Positions 26,073 through 39,029 of a DNA stretch of 64,000 nucleotides are shown piece by piece. The notes beneath the pieces are model-generated. The model did not search any database. It was not told the DNA's origin and saw only the letters and a list, made by a program, of their open reading frames with translations. Numbering within the stretch: position 1 is the stretch's first letter; each line of letters begins with the position of its first letter. The stretch is taken from contig JAAOMT010000697.1 of the NCBI GenBank assembly GCA_016748015.1, positions 129,424 to 193,423 of the forward strand, given 5' to 3'. The translations under genes were made by a program, and so were the position numbers. The stretch comes from Geosiphon pyriformis uo1. Lineage: Eukaryota; Fungi; Glomeromycota.

Positions 26073-29000
26073 TTTTTTATTTTTTTTTATTTGCTTAATG
26101 AATAAGGTCCAAACACTACCTAATACTATACATCAAAGAAATAATCTAAACTAGGCATGAATCATGCACTTTCTACATGTGACCAGTCACTCAGGCCAAT
26201 CAGAACAAAATTATGCAGCTATGTGAACTGAAACTGGATCATCTATACCCAAAAAAACAAACAAGGCTTGCAAAAGCCAAACTGAACACCAAAAGCATCA
26301 GTAACACCAAGCAATTTGACCACCCCAGCAAAAAACCTCAAAGTCAAACCAGAAACCAAAATAAAAGCCAAACCATCAAGGAGAATCAACTCATTTCTTT
26401 CCATATAAGCTTGATGTTTAGCATAAACTGACCAAACATCCTCCCTAAAAGCTAAACCAAAAGAGCAGACAAACTTGACAACCTCCAAACAAGCAATCTT
26501 AGAATTATAGAAGACAGAGACAGCTTTATGATACCAACCACTAAAAACAAAACCCTTACAAAGAGCCATAAACACAGGAGAATCAGAACCACAGAATGAT
26601 AGCAACTGCAAAACTCCAGAAAAGGAATGAGAAAAGCCAGAAACCGCTCTCCAGAAATCTACATGAGATTCCAATATCCAATATCAAACAGATTTATCAA
26701 CTCTACAAGAAAACACATAATCCGACACCTCAACATTACCACAATATAAGCATAACACACTAGAATAAAATCTATTATAAAGGCGTTTCTGTACAGCAAC
26801 CAGCAGTCGATAGTGCAAAGCTTTCATATAGTATGTGTATGTATTAGCCAAGAGTCTGCTGGTAAAACTGGCAGCCATGTGCAAATCAGGATGCCACACC
26901 AAAGACAAACAAAGTCAATCAATCTTGGAAATCAAATCATACATCAAAAACTTGGAACCAAACCCAATCTCCCAGCATGTACAACAAATAGAACAATAAA
27001 TATCATGTACAAAATGTCTAGAATTGTCAGAAACAACACTATTATCAGCCACTATGAAGTGTTCATCCAAGTGAGAAGAAAGACACCAACTAGAAAAAAA
27101 GGCTGCACCAGCAATCACATCAGTTTGTTCATTTCCTAAAATGCCAGAGTGACTCTTTATCTTGTGCCAATTAACTCTTAAATTTTTACTACAAATAACA
27201 TTAACAATATGTCAATGCTTAATCCAGCACTTATTGTGAAAGTCAGAACACATCAGACTCAATTCCAATTTACAAGCATCTAAAGCAGATTGACTATCTG
27301 AAAACAAATGAACAGAACTAGATACAGAAACACACTCCAGGGCCAATACAATAGCCTGCAATTCTGCCATAGCCAACAACATCAAACCTGATATATCAAC
27401 ACCCAAACCCAAATTAATGTTCTCAAAAAAAGCAGCAGTGCTAACCTTACAGCCAACTGTGCCCAACTCCTTTAAAGATCTATTCATATACACAGACAAA
27501 CTACTAGAACTAATTCAAGAAAAATGGTCACAAATAGATACATAATCTTCAGATTCAAGAATGTTCTGACAACCAATTCCACTCAAATCCAAGAGATAAG
27601 CAGAGGAGAGAGCTAAACCACTAAGAAATACCACAGAAATCTTGAACCATTCAGGAATAGGGCCACGAAAGTCCAGTCTCTTCCATCACTTAAAAATACA
27701 CCAGTCAAAAACAGCACCACTACTATTCCAAAGTTGATCCACAAAAGCTACACCATATCGATAGAGAAAAGGAAGAAACTTGAGAAACCTAGACTTGCCC
27801 AGAACAGCAAACATAAGAGTTCCATCATTAAACTGAAAAGAATTGGCCAAAAAGCTACTCAGAGATAGATTGCAATCAAGAAGAATACGGACCATGTCTG
27901 CCAGAAAGTTATTTGAAGCACTAACATGCACATAAACAAAAAAATTCAATAGATGAACAGGACACTAATACAGAACTTGTAAGTCATGTGATCTGTAAAA
28001 AAACAAGTGACCTAAAACTCCACCAGAGTTCGCAAAATTAACTAGGGAAGCAACTTTACTTTTAAACTAAACTTGCACAAAAGATTTCAAACCATAAAAG
28101 GAAGGGTGGTAAATTGTGTCACTGGAAAAATCAAGCAGTAGACCAGATTTAAGCTTTAAGCCTTTGTGAATCAGAGCATCCCACTTGTTGCACACACCAA
28201 CAGGAACAAAGCTGAATTGCGTTCTATAACTGACTATAGAATGGAAAACTGCTAATACTAAATACAAAAGCTGTTTATCTGAGATAGCCTTTCTTAGAAC
28301 CAGATTGGTGAAAAAACAAGTGTCTGAATTTGCCTTAGCCAAACTAAGCTTTGAGAGATCCTCAGTTGAGAAAAAAATACCCAAATACTGATGAGATTCA
28401 CTCTTTTTGGCAATGGAGATTAGTAAATCACTAATGGAAAGAGAAAGATCACTGGCCTTGCTGTTGATAAGAATGACCATTGTTTTGTTATTATTAATAG
28501 AAATGTTATTAATTCAAAAAAATTCACCAGTAACATCAAGAATGTGTTTAGTAGCTCTCTGACTGCTACCAACCCAAATTGTATCATCAACAAAAGTGCC
28601 AGCAGTAAAAAAAGAAAAAAGTTCAGCCCGAGTCTCAGCACGACTGTATTTGAAAATAAAATGAGAATTCAATCTATACTCACATACACTCTCCTAATGC
28701 TTAATCTTACACAATAGAGGGTCATAAAATATGTGCCATAGGAGAAAGGAAAACACCTCTCCTTGGTCCAGACTATTATGCACACAATAATCATCTGTTA
28801 AACCAAAATCTGTTATAACTCTGTTGGTATGGTCCCTATGAATACCACTGAAAAAACAAATAAACTTGCTGCACATTTTGATTATGACCAAACTCTTCTC
28901 AAGATGTTCTCAGCCAACTGAATTGTATGCCTTCCACATGTTTTGCAAAACCAGCCAAAGCTTCTGGTCTTTTTCCAAAGCATTCTTGATAACCAAACTA

Positions 29001-31482
29001 ATAGCAAAAATGGGAGACTGAATCAACGTACTCTTCAAAACCAAAAAATTGTCCCCACAAAGAACATCAAAAATGCTGCATGCCAAAGAAATTCTGTCAG
29101 AAAGAATTTTAGAAAAGATCTTATAAGTTGTCTTAATTAAAGCAATAGGATGGGTATTTATCAGAATACCTTTCAACTTATATGATTTAAGAATTATTAA
29201 GACCCAAGCCTCCTTCCAAGAGCTGGGTACAGATTCACTAAACAAACAGGAATTCAAAAGCACCAAAAACATATCCAAAACTGACTTATTACAATGCTTT
29301 CAAAGCTTATTCGACACACCTAAGAGACCAGCAGCTTTGCCATCCAGCAAATCAGAAACCACATCAACCAATTCATCAAATTTAATCAAACACATGACAC
29401 CAAAAAAAGCCTTATCAAAAACATACTCCAATGATTGATATTGGTGGCATCAGTCACCAAAGATATCATCTATCACTTTGCACTTCCTAGTCCAACTTTC
29501 CATAATTACATTCATCTTAAATTTAACTAAATCAGGTTCCAGAATTAGCTCATTATCAACTACCAAATGATCAAGTGCCATTTTGTGAAAGGGACATTCT
29601 AGCACATTTCTAATTGTATGACTCTTATTAACCTCAAAGCTCTTCATCCTTCTATTAATAGCTAATCTGATGTTTGTCTCCTTAGCCTTCAGAGATTTGG
29701 CTAGCTTGGCAGCATGATAAGACTTTCTAACACTAAAGAGAGCAGAACAGACATGATCAGAATCAGCACCAAAGCTTACAATATCCTGAATGACTAAAGC
29801 CTTAACATTGTCCAAAAAAACTTAGCATCTCATAAGAGAATCAAAATTCACAATACTTTTCTTACATAAAACCCTGACAATCTTAGAAACCAAGAGCTCT
29901 AACTTATAAAACCTCAAAAATTTCTTGGTGAAAACATCATCAAAGTTCTTGAACTATTTCTTCTTAAACATCTTATTAGCTAAAAAAACTATTATTTTGT
30001 AAATGGTATTCCATATCGCATCCAAATCTGAAAATTTCATGGAGGTGGCAAACTTATTTGAGAACATCACAGCATTAGCTAACGTGGCACCTTTAAAGTT
30101 GTCTTATTTGGTCTTATCAGCATCTTTGAACTCAAACTTTCACCAATCCCTATTTACTTGCTTACAAAAATAATTCAACCATACATCTAAAAATTCACCC
30201 AGACCCACAAACACAAAACAGCCCAATAATCAGTATTAAAAAATTCACCAACATCAGACACTTTATGATCCACCACAGTATTGACCAAATTTGAAAAGAT
30301 AAACAAGAAATCAATAGTCTTAGTCATGCCCTAAGAGTTAGCCCATGTGGACGTTTTGACATAAGAACTTTTACTCAAAGAATTAACCAAACCAAGATCT
30401 AGACACTTTTTAAAACTAACATATCTTTGGGAGCTATCTTCATTGAAGTTGTCATCCAAAACTACAAATGATAATTTATTAACTGCTTTTGCTATCACAG
30501 AATTGATATCATTGGCCTAAAAAAAATAAACAGCCAGAAATGCCTTAGCATAAAGCCCCAAAATTGACACAGAAAGTTTATTTTTGAATAACAGCTTAAC
30601 TGAAAGGAGCTGACCAGGCACCTCAGAGACCTTACAAATATGACGAGCTAGAGAAATGTTCATAATGATTGCAACTCCAGCACCAAGAAAACCCTTGTCC
30701 AATCCAGATGAAAAAACTCTAACTCCATTGAACTTATCCTTAATCCAAGACTCATTGCTAAACCTCAGCTTTGTCTCTGTAATTATTGAAACCAAATTCC
30801 CAGAATCTCTATGCCAACAGATAATGTCTTTCTGCTTGGCAGAAACATTAATGCTTTGAACATTACATGTTGTGAATTTCCACACAAAATTATTCATTGG
30901 GGAATAAGAGAAGTTGACAAACCCAAGCCAGAGCACAAACAATCTAATCTTTTCAAAACAGCTTCAACTGACATCTTCAAAGCCACCATTTTGGATTCTA
31001 ATCTACCCACCTTGGTGGTCAAAACTTTAGAACTACTTGAACTGAGATTAGCAACTAAGTTTGTAACAACAACCAAAAGAGAGAAAGGAGGAGATGCTAG
31101 TGTATTATCCAGAGCCATTTCTGAGTCCAAATTAGATGCAACAGGTGCAAAAACGACCAAAAAAGAGACATAAGATTTGGATGCCAAAGGCACCAATCCC
31201 ACAAAGCTCAATTTTTTCATAATGCCCGAAATTTGATCTACCAAGAGCTTCAAAGAGCATTTTAGAGAAGCCAATCAGTTAACCAAACAGGAATCACCAA
31301 GGGAATTAGAAACCAACAAGACAGGTTTTACACCAGAAAACAAACCAATACTAAAAAAATCTGACAAAACTGCACAAGAGAAAGAACTACTAGCAATCTG
31401 GGCCCAAGTTTTTCCACCAAAAGAAACTGGATAAACAATTAGTGCCTGTTTTTTCTTATATATATTGGCCAAACAGACCCAA
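26073..31482 (-). mobile_element. LINE-A, 3' part: degenerate non-LTR retrotransposon (ORF1 C-terminus; ORF2 APE-RT-RNase H-Zn finger; 3' UTR; poly(A))
   Basis: APE motifs WKFTTCNVQSIN and ITETKL; RT FVDDTIW (~28575-28595); RNase H AELQAI/LFSDSQ/HSG; CLYCGNVEVSD; A-rich tail at 26073-26092; many stop codons. Confidence 0.93.
26243..30897 (-). pseudogene. LINE-A ORF2 (endonuclease-reverse transcriptase-RNase H), disrupted
   Basis: Chain of minus-strand ORF fragments. The ATG at 30897 overlaps the ORF1 stop (ATGA). Confidence 0.9.
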
Positions 31483-32458
31483 TATTACTGAAGGTTTTTG
31501 GTCTCTTCTTAGCTCTTGTATGTTTGTTGTAATGCTGTTAATTCATGACTATGGAAAGTGTTTGAACCTCTGATAACTGAATTTATCTTCAAATTATCTT
31601 CTATAATTTGAACTGCTGGGCTTATAAGTGGAATAGCCAATTCTTTGCCAATTACTTTATGTAGTTACATTATAGTAAACGTCAACTTTTTCCCAAGAAT
31701 TACTTATCTGGAAGCTTACTAAAAATGTGTAGTTACTTTGCTGTAAAAGTCAACTCTTCTACAGGAATCTTGTCTGTAGGTTACTCTAATGATTGTAATA
31801 AGAAAAGAAAAGAAATATAAAAGAAATATAAAAGAAATAGAATTTTATCAAGAGAAACGTTTTCTATCCAAATCTGAAGTCACTAACAGTTTACTGAAAT
31901 TGATAGCTAATTAATTTCGAAATGTTAGTTGGGTTTTGGGGATTTTCCAAGTACAATAATTAAAGAATTTGGTTTTTCAAATTATTTGATATTTATTTCT
32001 TTTTGTGTGTGTAAGAATAGTTCTAAATAATAAATCTAAAGTAAGATACATTTTCTTGAAAAGAGAAGCTCTTCTTTTATACAACTTGTTGTAACACTAT
32101 TCTATGAACTTAAACTTTGCTATTTTCTATAATTTCACTAAATTAAAGATACATTTCGGTGAACTATAAGTTATTTCTGTGAACTATTAGATATTTTGGT
32201 AAACTATCAATTATTTCGGCGAATTTCTACAAATTTCGGCAAACTTTTGAATGTTATATATTTTGGGGTATTGCATGATTGATCATTGCACTTAGGTTAC
32301 ATTTGTGTTATATACAAATTGGGTTATTAATTAAATGATAATTTCAGACATTTTGCTAATGTAATAAGTGATAATTTGAAATGATAATATATGCTAATTA
32401 ATGATAAGAATAAAGATAATTTCATGCTAAATAATATCTCTAATTTTGTCTGGTAATA
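31483..32458 (-). repeat. 3' LTR of copy 1 (~976 bp)
   Basis: Ends TATTAC...GTAATA (mutated TGTTAC...GTAACA); homologous to 40834-41825; purine tract GAGAAGAAGG adjacent on the minus strand. Confidence 0.9.
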
Positions 32459-33146
32459 TAACCTTCTTCTCAAGACTGAGCTCCATCGAAGTCCAAGTAC
32501 TGTCTGTAATTTTCAGATAGTAATCCAAAATTATTGAAGAAATTTGGTCTGAAAATTGTTGAAATTTCAGTTCTGTGAGTTTTCCAATGTATTGAATCTT
32601 CAGAGGTTGTAAAATTGGGTTTTGTAGGACGTTTTCATAGGTGTGGAATAGGTCATAAAGTCTAAGAGCAGCTCTTAGTTTATAATAACTGTTTGTAGGT
32701 CTAGCTGTTGTCTTGAATTTGTTGTGGGATTGTTTTTGAATAGATTTTTTTGTGAGGTTTGCTGTTGTAAGTTCCAGTTTTTGTTCATAGAGTGTTTTTC
32801 CAATGTGAAAATATCTATAGATTGAAGGGTATTCAGTGCTTTCCTCATTGAGACACAGTTGAATTTTTTGTTGAATTGTAGTATTTGGTAGAATACTAAT
32901 CGAAGTAAGCATTAAGTTTTCTCTTAAAGCAAGCTTTAAAAGTTCTGGCAGGTAAATTCCAGAATAACTTCTTGTGTTCTTCTTATATGGATAATATTTT
33001 CGTGACTTTGGGGCTAAATTTGTAACTACTTCTGTTTGGGTATAATTAATGTGGTTTGTAGTAACAGTAATGGATAATTCAGGTATTGTTTTTAAAGCTA
33101 ATATTAGTTTTTGGAATAATTGTTGAATGTTTTGAGGAATAGTCAT
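32427..33146 (-). CDS. ORF3 of LTR element copy 1: 239-aa accessory protein of unknown function, not Env-like
   Basis: Intact ATG-started ORF between integrase and the 3' LTR; homologous to 41806-42513. Confidence 0.8.
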   Translation of the reverse strand: MTIPQNIQQLFQKLILALKTIPELSITVTTNHINYTQTEVVTNLAPKSRKYYPYKKNTRSYSGIYLPELLKLALRENLMLTSISILPNTTIQQKIQLCLNEESTEYPSIYRYFHIGKTLYEQKLELTTANLTKKSIQKQSHNKFKTTARPTNSYYKLRAALRLYDLFHTYENVLQNPILQPLKIQYIGKLTELKFQQFSDQISSIILDYYLKITDSTWTSMELSLEKKVILPDKIRDII

Positions 33147-33268
33147 TATAAGAGATTTGAAAATAAAAGAAAATTATTTTTGGTGTATGGGTTTTTATGT
33201 TATTTTTGTTTTGTTTTTGTGAGATTATTTCTAAATTATAAGGAGATAACTATAATAATAAATTTAAA

Positions 33269-34654
33269 TTAAGTATTTAAGTTGAAAGATTGTTCAATGA
33301 CAACTATTGGTTCTAAATTTTGGGAAATATCTTCAGGATTGATTAAAGGAGAATGTGTACCAATTTGTGGAATTAATGATTCAGGATTGTTTCTGGAATT
33401 ATAGTGTTTCAAACAATCTCCATGTGCAACTTTTGCTAAGATTTTGTCATCAAGTTTTAGTTTATATGATCTGTTGCTTAGGACTTCATGGATAAAAAAT
33501 GTTCCATCCCATTTATGTTCAAATTTTCCACTCCATTGTTTTTCAGCCTTGGTTTGGTGTAAAAGAACTTTATTTCCAATTTTAAATTCGTTTGTAACTG
33601 GTGGCAGTTTGTTGTCATGTCTTTCTTTTTGTTGGGCTTGTGAATTTTCAATATGGGTGGCTGCTATATATCTTTTTTCTTCTAAAGTACTGAGAAGAGT
33701 ATAAGCTCTTCACTAAAGTGTTTCTTGTAAGTTTTCTTCTGTGATTGGTTGTACTGGATATGTTTCCATTGTGAATTCAATTGGTAGTTTTGCTGTTCTT
33801 CCATAAGTAAGGTCAAATAGTGTGTGTTTTGTTGTATCTTGTTTTAGTGTTCTATATGCTAGTAACACTGATGAAATAAAGATATCCCATTCCTGTTCAA
33901 AATCTGTTAAGACTTTGGCTAGTGATTTACACAATGTTCTGTTGAAATGTTTCACTAATTTATTTGTCTGTAGATGGTAGAGCGAAGATAAAGGTCTTTT
34001 GACATTAAATCATTCACAAATTTTTTGTATCAGGTTGTTCACAAAATGTGTTTCTTGATCTAATAAAAGTTTTATTAGGCATCTATGTCTACAAATAATG
34101 TCTTTGTAAATGAAGTTTGCTACTGATTTTGCATCTGCTTGTTAAATGACTCTGGCTTTGGGCCATTTGATAAGATAATCTACAACTACTGTAATATAAT
34201 GATTTCCTTGGTTTGTAATAGGTAGTGGTCCGACTAAATTGATACCAACTTGGTCAAAAAACTATCCAACTTTGATTGGATTTAAAGGTTCAGTAGGGTG
34301 TGTTCCTCTTTTTCTTTGACAACTTTCACAAGATTCAATATATTGATGTATGTCTCTTTTCATTTAGAGCCAAAAATAGTATTCTAGTGTTCTTTGGATG
34401 GTGTTGTCTTTTCCAAAGTGTGCTAATAACGAATCTGAATGCATGTTGTATAATATAGTCTCTTTTTCATGTTCTTGTATTAATCTGAGTGGTTTGTCTA
34501 GGTTTTTAAAATTTTGATGATAAATAATGTTGTTGTGTAGGAAATATTGTTTGGCTTGTTGTTGTAATTGATGGTTTTCATCTGAAAACCAATCTGTTGG
34601 GATTGTTAATGTCTTCAAATACTGTTTGAGATTGTTGTAGTCTTTTGAATTCAT
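33269..34654 (-). pseudogene. Stand-alone integrase ORF of copy 1 (HHCC, DDE, GPY/F-like; no chromodomain seen)
   Basis: Own ATG (MNSKDYNNLK); single frame of 1386 nt with nonsense substitutions; ends EPIVVIEQSFNLNT*. Confidence 0.88.
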
Positions 34655-34694
34655 TGTTTGTTGGTTGTTAGGTTTGAGTGTTAATTTGTGTTTT

Positions 34695-37600
34695 CTAATC
34701 TTGTCTCATTCTGGAGAGACAGTCAACATTGGTGTGGAGTTTTCCTGGTTTGTGATGTACTATATATTGGTAGTTGGCTAAAAATCCTGTCCATTAGATT
34801 TGTTTTGTGTTTAGCTGAGTGTTTTTGTTCTGAAGCCATTTGAGTCCAATATTATCAGTAATAATATCGAATTCTTTGGGTCTGAGGTAAAGATTGAAGT
34901 GATGTAGGACCCAGATTACAGCTGCAGTTTCTAATTCTGTTGCAGGATAGTTTTTTTTGGCTGGTTTCAATGTTCTGTTAGTATAAGCAATTACTTGCTC
35001 ATTTCCATTGTTATCTAACTGTAATATGATGGTACCAAAGACAGTATAAGAGGCATCTGTTGCTAATTGGAATCAGTTACTAAAATCTGAGTAGGTGAGA
35101 ATTGAAGCTGTCATTAGTTTTTCTTTGAGAATTTCAAATGCATTTTGGTGTTCAGCAGTCCATTTGTATTCAACGTTTTTGGTGGTAAGCTGGTTGAGAG
35201 GTTTTGTGATTTCTGAGAATTCTTTAATAAACTTCTGATAGTAGGAGGCTAACTCTATAAATCCTCTTAGTTCTGTAGTGTTCTAAAGAGTTTTGAAGTT
35301 TTTGACAGTGCTGATTTTTCCAGGGTCTGGTTTGATTTCATCTTTACTAACAATATAACCAAGGAAGGCCAAGCTTGTTTTTCCAAAGTAGCATTTTTCG
35401 ATGTTGAGTTTTAGTTCTGCTTTTCGTAATCGTTGAAAAACTTTTCACAGGTGTTTTAAGTATAATTCGAACGATGGAGAATAAACATTAGTATCGTTAA
35501 GATAAATGACTACTGACTTCCAAAGGAGTCTTTTGTACACAATATCCATTAATCTCTGAAATGTTGCTGGTGCATTGCATAATCCAAAAGGCATTACATT
35601 GAATTCATAATTTCTTTTTTGGGTTGTAAAGGCTGTTTTGGGACGATCTTTGGGGTCCATGGCAACTTGCCAATATCCGCTTTCTAAATCTAGTGTTAAA
35701 AAGTATTTGGCCTTTCCAAGAGCATCCAACATATCATTAATTTGGGGAAGGGGATAGGCATCTCCAATGATAACACTGTTGAATTGTCAATAATCAACAC
35801 AAAATTGTATCTTTCCATTTTTCTTTTTAACTAAGACCACAGGTGAAACCCATGGACTCATTGATGGTTGAATAAGCCCATTGTTGAGCATCCATTGTAC
35901 TTCTTCACAAATAAATTAGTGACTTTCTGGAGCAACTTAGTAGACTTGTTGTTACCTTGGTTTGGCATCTCCTGTATAGATTTGGTGTTGAACCAAATTG
36001 GTTCTTCCTAAGTCATTGTTGTTTTTGGCAAAGATATCGGCAAATTCTGCAATTAGCTCTTTGAGCTGGCTCTGTTGTTGTGGTTCAAGTTGTCTCATGT
36101 TGATTTGAGATAGTTTTTCTATGACAACATGGTAATTTTTAGAGCTGAGGTTTGGGTTGATTTTTGGTAGTGAATGTCCAATAATTTTAGAGAAATCGGG
36201 AACTGTTTGGGGTAATTCTTGTTAAAAGATATTACTGTGAATAACTCCAATTTCTAAGTTATTTAATAAAACTATGGGGTAATTATTGGGGTTGTAAAAA
36301 GTAACTCAGACTTTCTTTGTTCCTTCTGGAATGTAAATATTTGGGATTGAAATATTATGTTCCAAGCAAATTCGTTCATTGGACTCAAAAATTTGTTGGG
36401 TGGTTGTTGGCTTTGGGCAGGTATAGATTTCAGGATGTTCTCCAAAAGATGAAATAGTGATTGGTTGGGGAAGGTGTAAAATCTGGTAAGACTTATTCTG
36501 TTTATTGAGAGCTATGTTTACTGGAACTGTAAATTGTCCAATTGAACCAAAACCTTGTATTTCTTTTTTGCTTTTTTCCAATTGTTCTCTTTGATTGACT
36601 AACTGTAAACCTGAAATGTTGATTAAGGGTAAATAGATGGCTTGAGCAATTTTTTCAGCATGTTCAATTTTGAAAGGTTTATTGGTTTCATTTTGGAGTA
36701 TTACTGTTATGTCACCAGTATATCCAGCATCAATTATTCTTCCTTTGACATTAATTCCTTTGCTTGTCAAAGAGGACCGGAAGGCAATTTGAACTATTGC
36801 TTCTAACAGGATTTTGAGGGCAATTTTGAGATTGATTTTTGTGAGAAATTTGGGTTTGAGAACAAGAGTATCCTTGTCTGAATATCTTAGGTCATATTCA
36901 GCATCAATTTCATGTGCTTTTTCAGGTTTTATTCCTTGTCCGTTGTTGTTGAAGTATTTGAGTTGTAAAGCAGGCTGATTTTTAATGAGATAGATGGGTG
37001 TTGCTTCAATTTCTTCTGTTGCTTCAGATTCTCCAAATCCAATTTTGTTTTAATTGTTTTCATTGGGCAGGGAAATGCTAAGAGCATAGCATTTAGAGCA
37101 CCATTGCTCATTGCAAGGCATTATGCATTCTTCACACAATTTAATGTTTATTTGCTTTAGCTATTGGGCTTGAGCTTCTTTAGTCGGGTAGGTGTGATTT
37201 GTGATTTGATAGTACACTTTTACTTCATCTTCATAATCGAATTCAGCTAATTCCAAGGTATATTCAATATATTCAGCTTCTTTCATTTGAAAAACATCTT
37301 CTTTGGTTCCTTCATCAATTAAGATCATGGCAAGTTCATAGATTATTTCAGTGTCATGGGGGTAGTAATAAAGTTTGTTGAGGGCACTGTTGTAAGTGGC
37401 ATTGAAAGGTGTTCCACGTTTTACTTTTTCTGCAATAGAAAGAGCATATTGACAAGTTTGATTGCAGACTTCTCCTCTAAAGACAATGTCAATCCAATCA
37501 CATTCGTTAGGAAGCTGCTTTCTACAAGTAAGACAGGGTGTTCCATCTCATTTTCTGCTCCTTTTAATCAAATGGCCCCATTGTTCTCAATGGCAGGCAT

Positions 37601-37927
37601 TGCAAAAGTAACAAGTATGACTTCCATATTCTTCTTCCGGTGAGATGCAGGCTCTCATTGAGGAGAGTTTCTTGTGACAGTCCTTGTATTTGAGTAGAAT
37701 GTAAGAGTGTTGTTTCTTTGGTTCTGGTTTAAAATATGGGATGTTCTATCCAGAGGTTTCTGGTTTTTCTGGATATGAGTTTGTTGTAAAATACATTTGC
37801 TTAGTTTCTTTAGCCCAGTTAGATGTTGATTCAAGTGCCATAAATGTTTTGACTATAGGCTTTTCTTTCTCTTTTTCAAATTCGAAGACAGGGGCTTTCT
37901 CTGATTATTTGTTGAATGTACCACACA
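34695..37927 (-). pseudogene. pol remnant of copy 1: Cys-rich domain - dUTPase (~36537-36965) - RT - RNase H, ending LSRMRQD*
   Basis: GRIIDAGYTGDI, IAQAI and QGFGS dUTPase motifs; RT motifs in ORF 35445-35732. Confidence 0.9.
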
Positions 37928-38445
37928 CATATGTCTTTGTTTATGTCTTTCTTGAAATTATATCATCTACTATATTGTCAGCCTCAGAGTCATTGGAATC
38001 TATGTAACTCATTTCTTCTACCACCATGTTGTTCATGTTTTCCAAGTCAAACACCCCACTAATACTAGCATCTTTGCTTTTTACTTCACTTTCCTAAGAC
38101 ACCTTGCATTTCAGATTACTAGTATGCAGAATGCTACTAGGAATAAGACCAGCCAACAAATCTACCACACCACCAGGAATACCAGAATTTTTAGACTTCT
38201 TGTACAAAAAGCCACAAGAGTACATGTTTTTAATATGTGCCTTTTTTTTATTACTAGACCAGATCCCCAACTCAACTAAAGCGGAATTAAAATCACTAGC
38301 AAAAGAGCTCACCAGTTTTATTGCAACAAAAGAAAAAAATAATTAGAAAGAAAACAAGGGAAAAAGGAAAAAGCCTAATTAAACTTTGACAAAATTTTGC
38401 TCTCATTGTGGTTAGGGAATTGACAAGAGAAAAAAGTTTTTTCGA
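37928..38445 (-). mobile_element. LINE-A 5' end (5' UTR and ORF1 N-terminus)
   Basis: ORF 38094-38312 and following codons (NNMVVEEMS) resemble the LINE-B ORF1 start (LVEETS); same strand as LINE-A; pyrimidine-rich 5' end. Confidence 0.7.
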
Positions 38446-39029
38446 TTAATCAATATATTATTATTTTTAACCATATTACTTATTTATTTAGCAGTTTTAT
38501 TTGTACTTATGTTTTTTATTAACAATATTATTTAAAATATCTTTATTATTTTTATTTTTTATTTTAAAACAATCTTTTTTTTTTTCAAAAATAACAATTT
38601 TTTTTTATTTATAAAACACACTTTTTTCAATTTAACATATAAAACAAAAAGAATATTAACCAATTTTATTATCAAAAAGACCAAAATACTAATAAGTTTA
38701 ACAATAAATCTAATTAACAAAATTATTTAACTAGTTTAAATTGCAAAAAAACTAACTTAAAATCAATTATAAAATTAATAACAATAGCAATAACAAAAAA
38801 ATTAAAAAAATAACAGTTTTAATATATAATCTGAATTTAATAAAGCAAAATTCAAAAATTTTAAAGCCAATTATAATTTAAAACCAATATTTAAAACAAT
38901 AATAATATTTAAAAATTTTATGAATTATTATTTGTTTTGTTAAAAACTACTTATTTTTAACTAATATACTTAATATTAACTTAATATTATTAATAATATT
39001 AATTAAAAAAAAACACTAAAATTACAATA

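Larger units (their letters stand above)
31483..37927 (-). mobile_element. Ty3/Gypsy-type LTR retrotransposon copy 1, 5'-truncated (gag and 5' LTR deleted), inserted in LINE-A ORF1
   Basis: 3' LTR, ORF3, integrase, RT (LDLESGYWQ, MPFGLCNAPATFQ), RNase H, dUTPase and Cys-rich domain. Homology stops just after the protease end at ~37927, where LINE ORF1 resumes. Confidence 0.92.

Noticed and set aside
26160-26200. Hammerhead ribozyme in the LINE 3' UTR (CTGAGTGA...GAAA on the minus strand)
   Set aside because: Does not fit the CUGANGA core, LINE-B has CTGAGTAT, and no supporting helices are seen
32427-33146. ORF3 as an envelope gene
   Set aside because: No signal peptide, transmembrane segment or furin/fusion-peptide pattern, and short for Env
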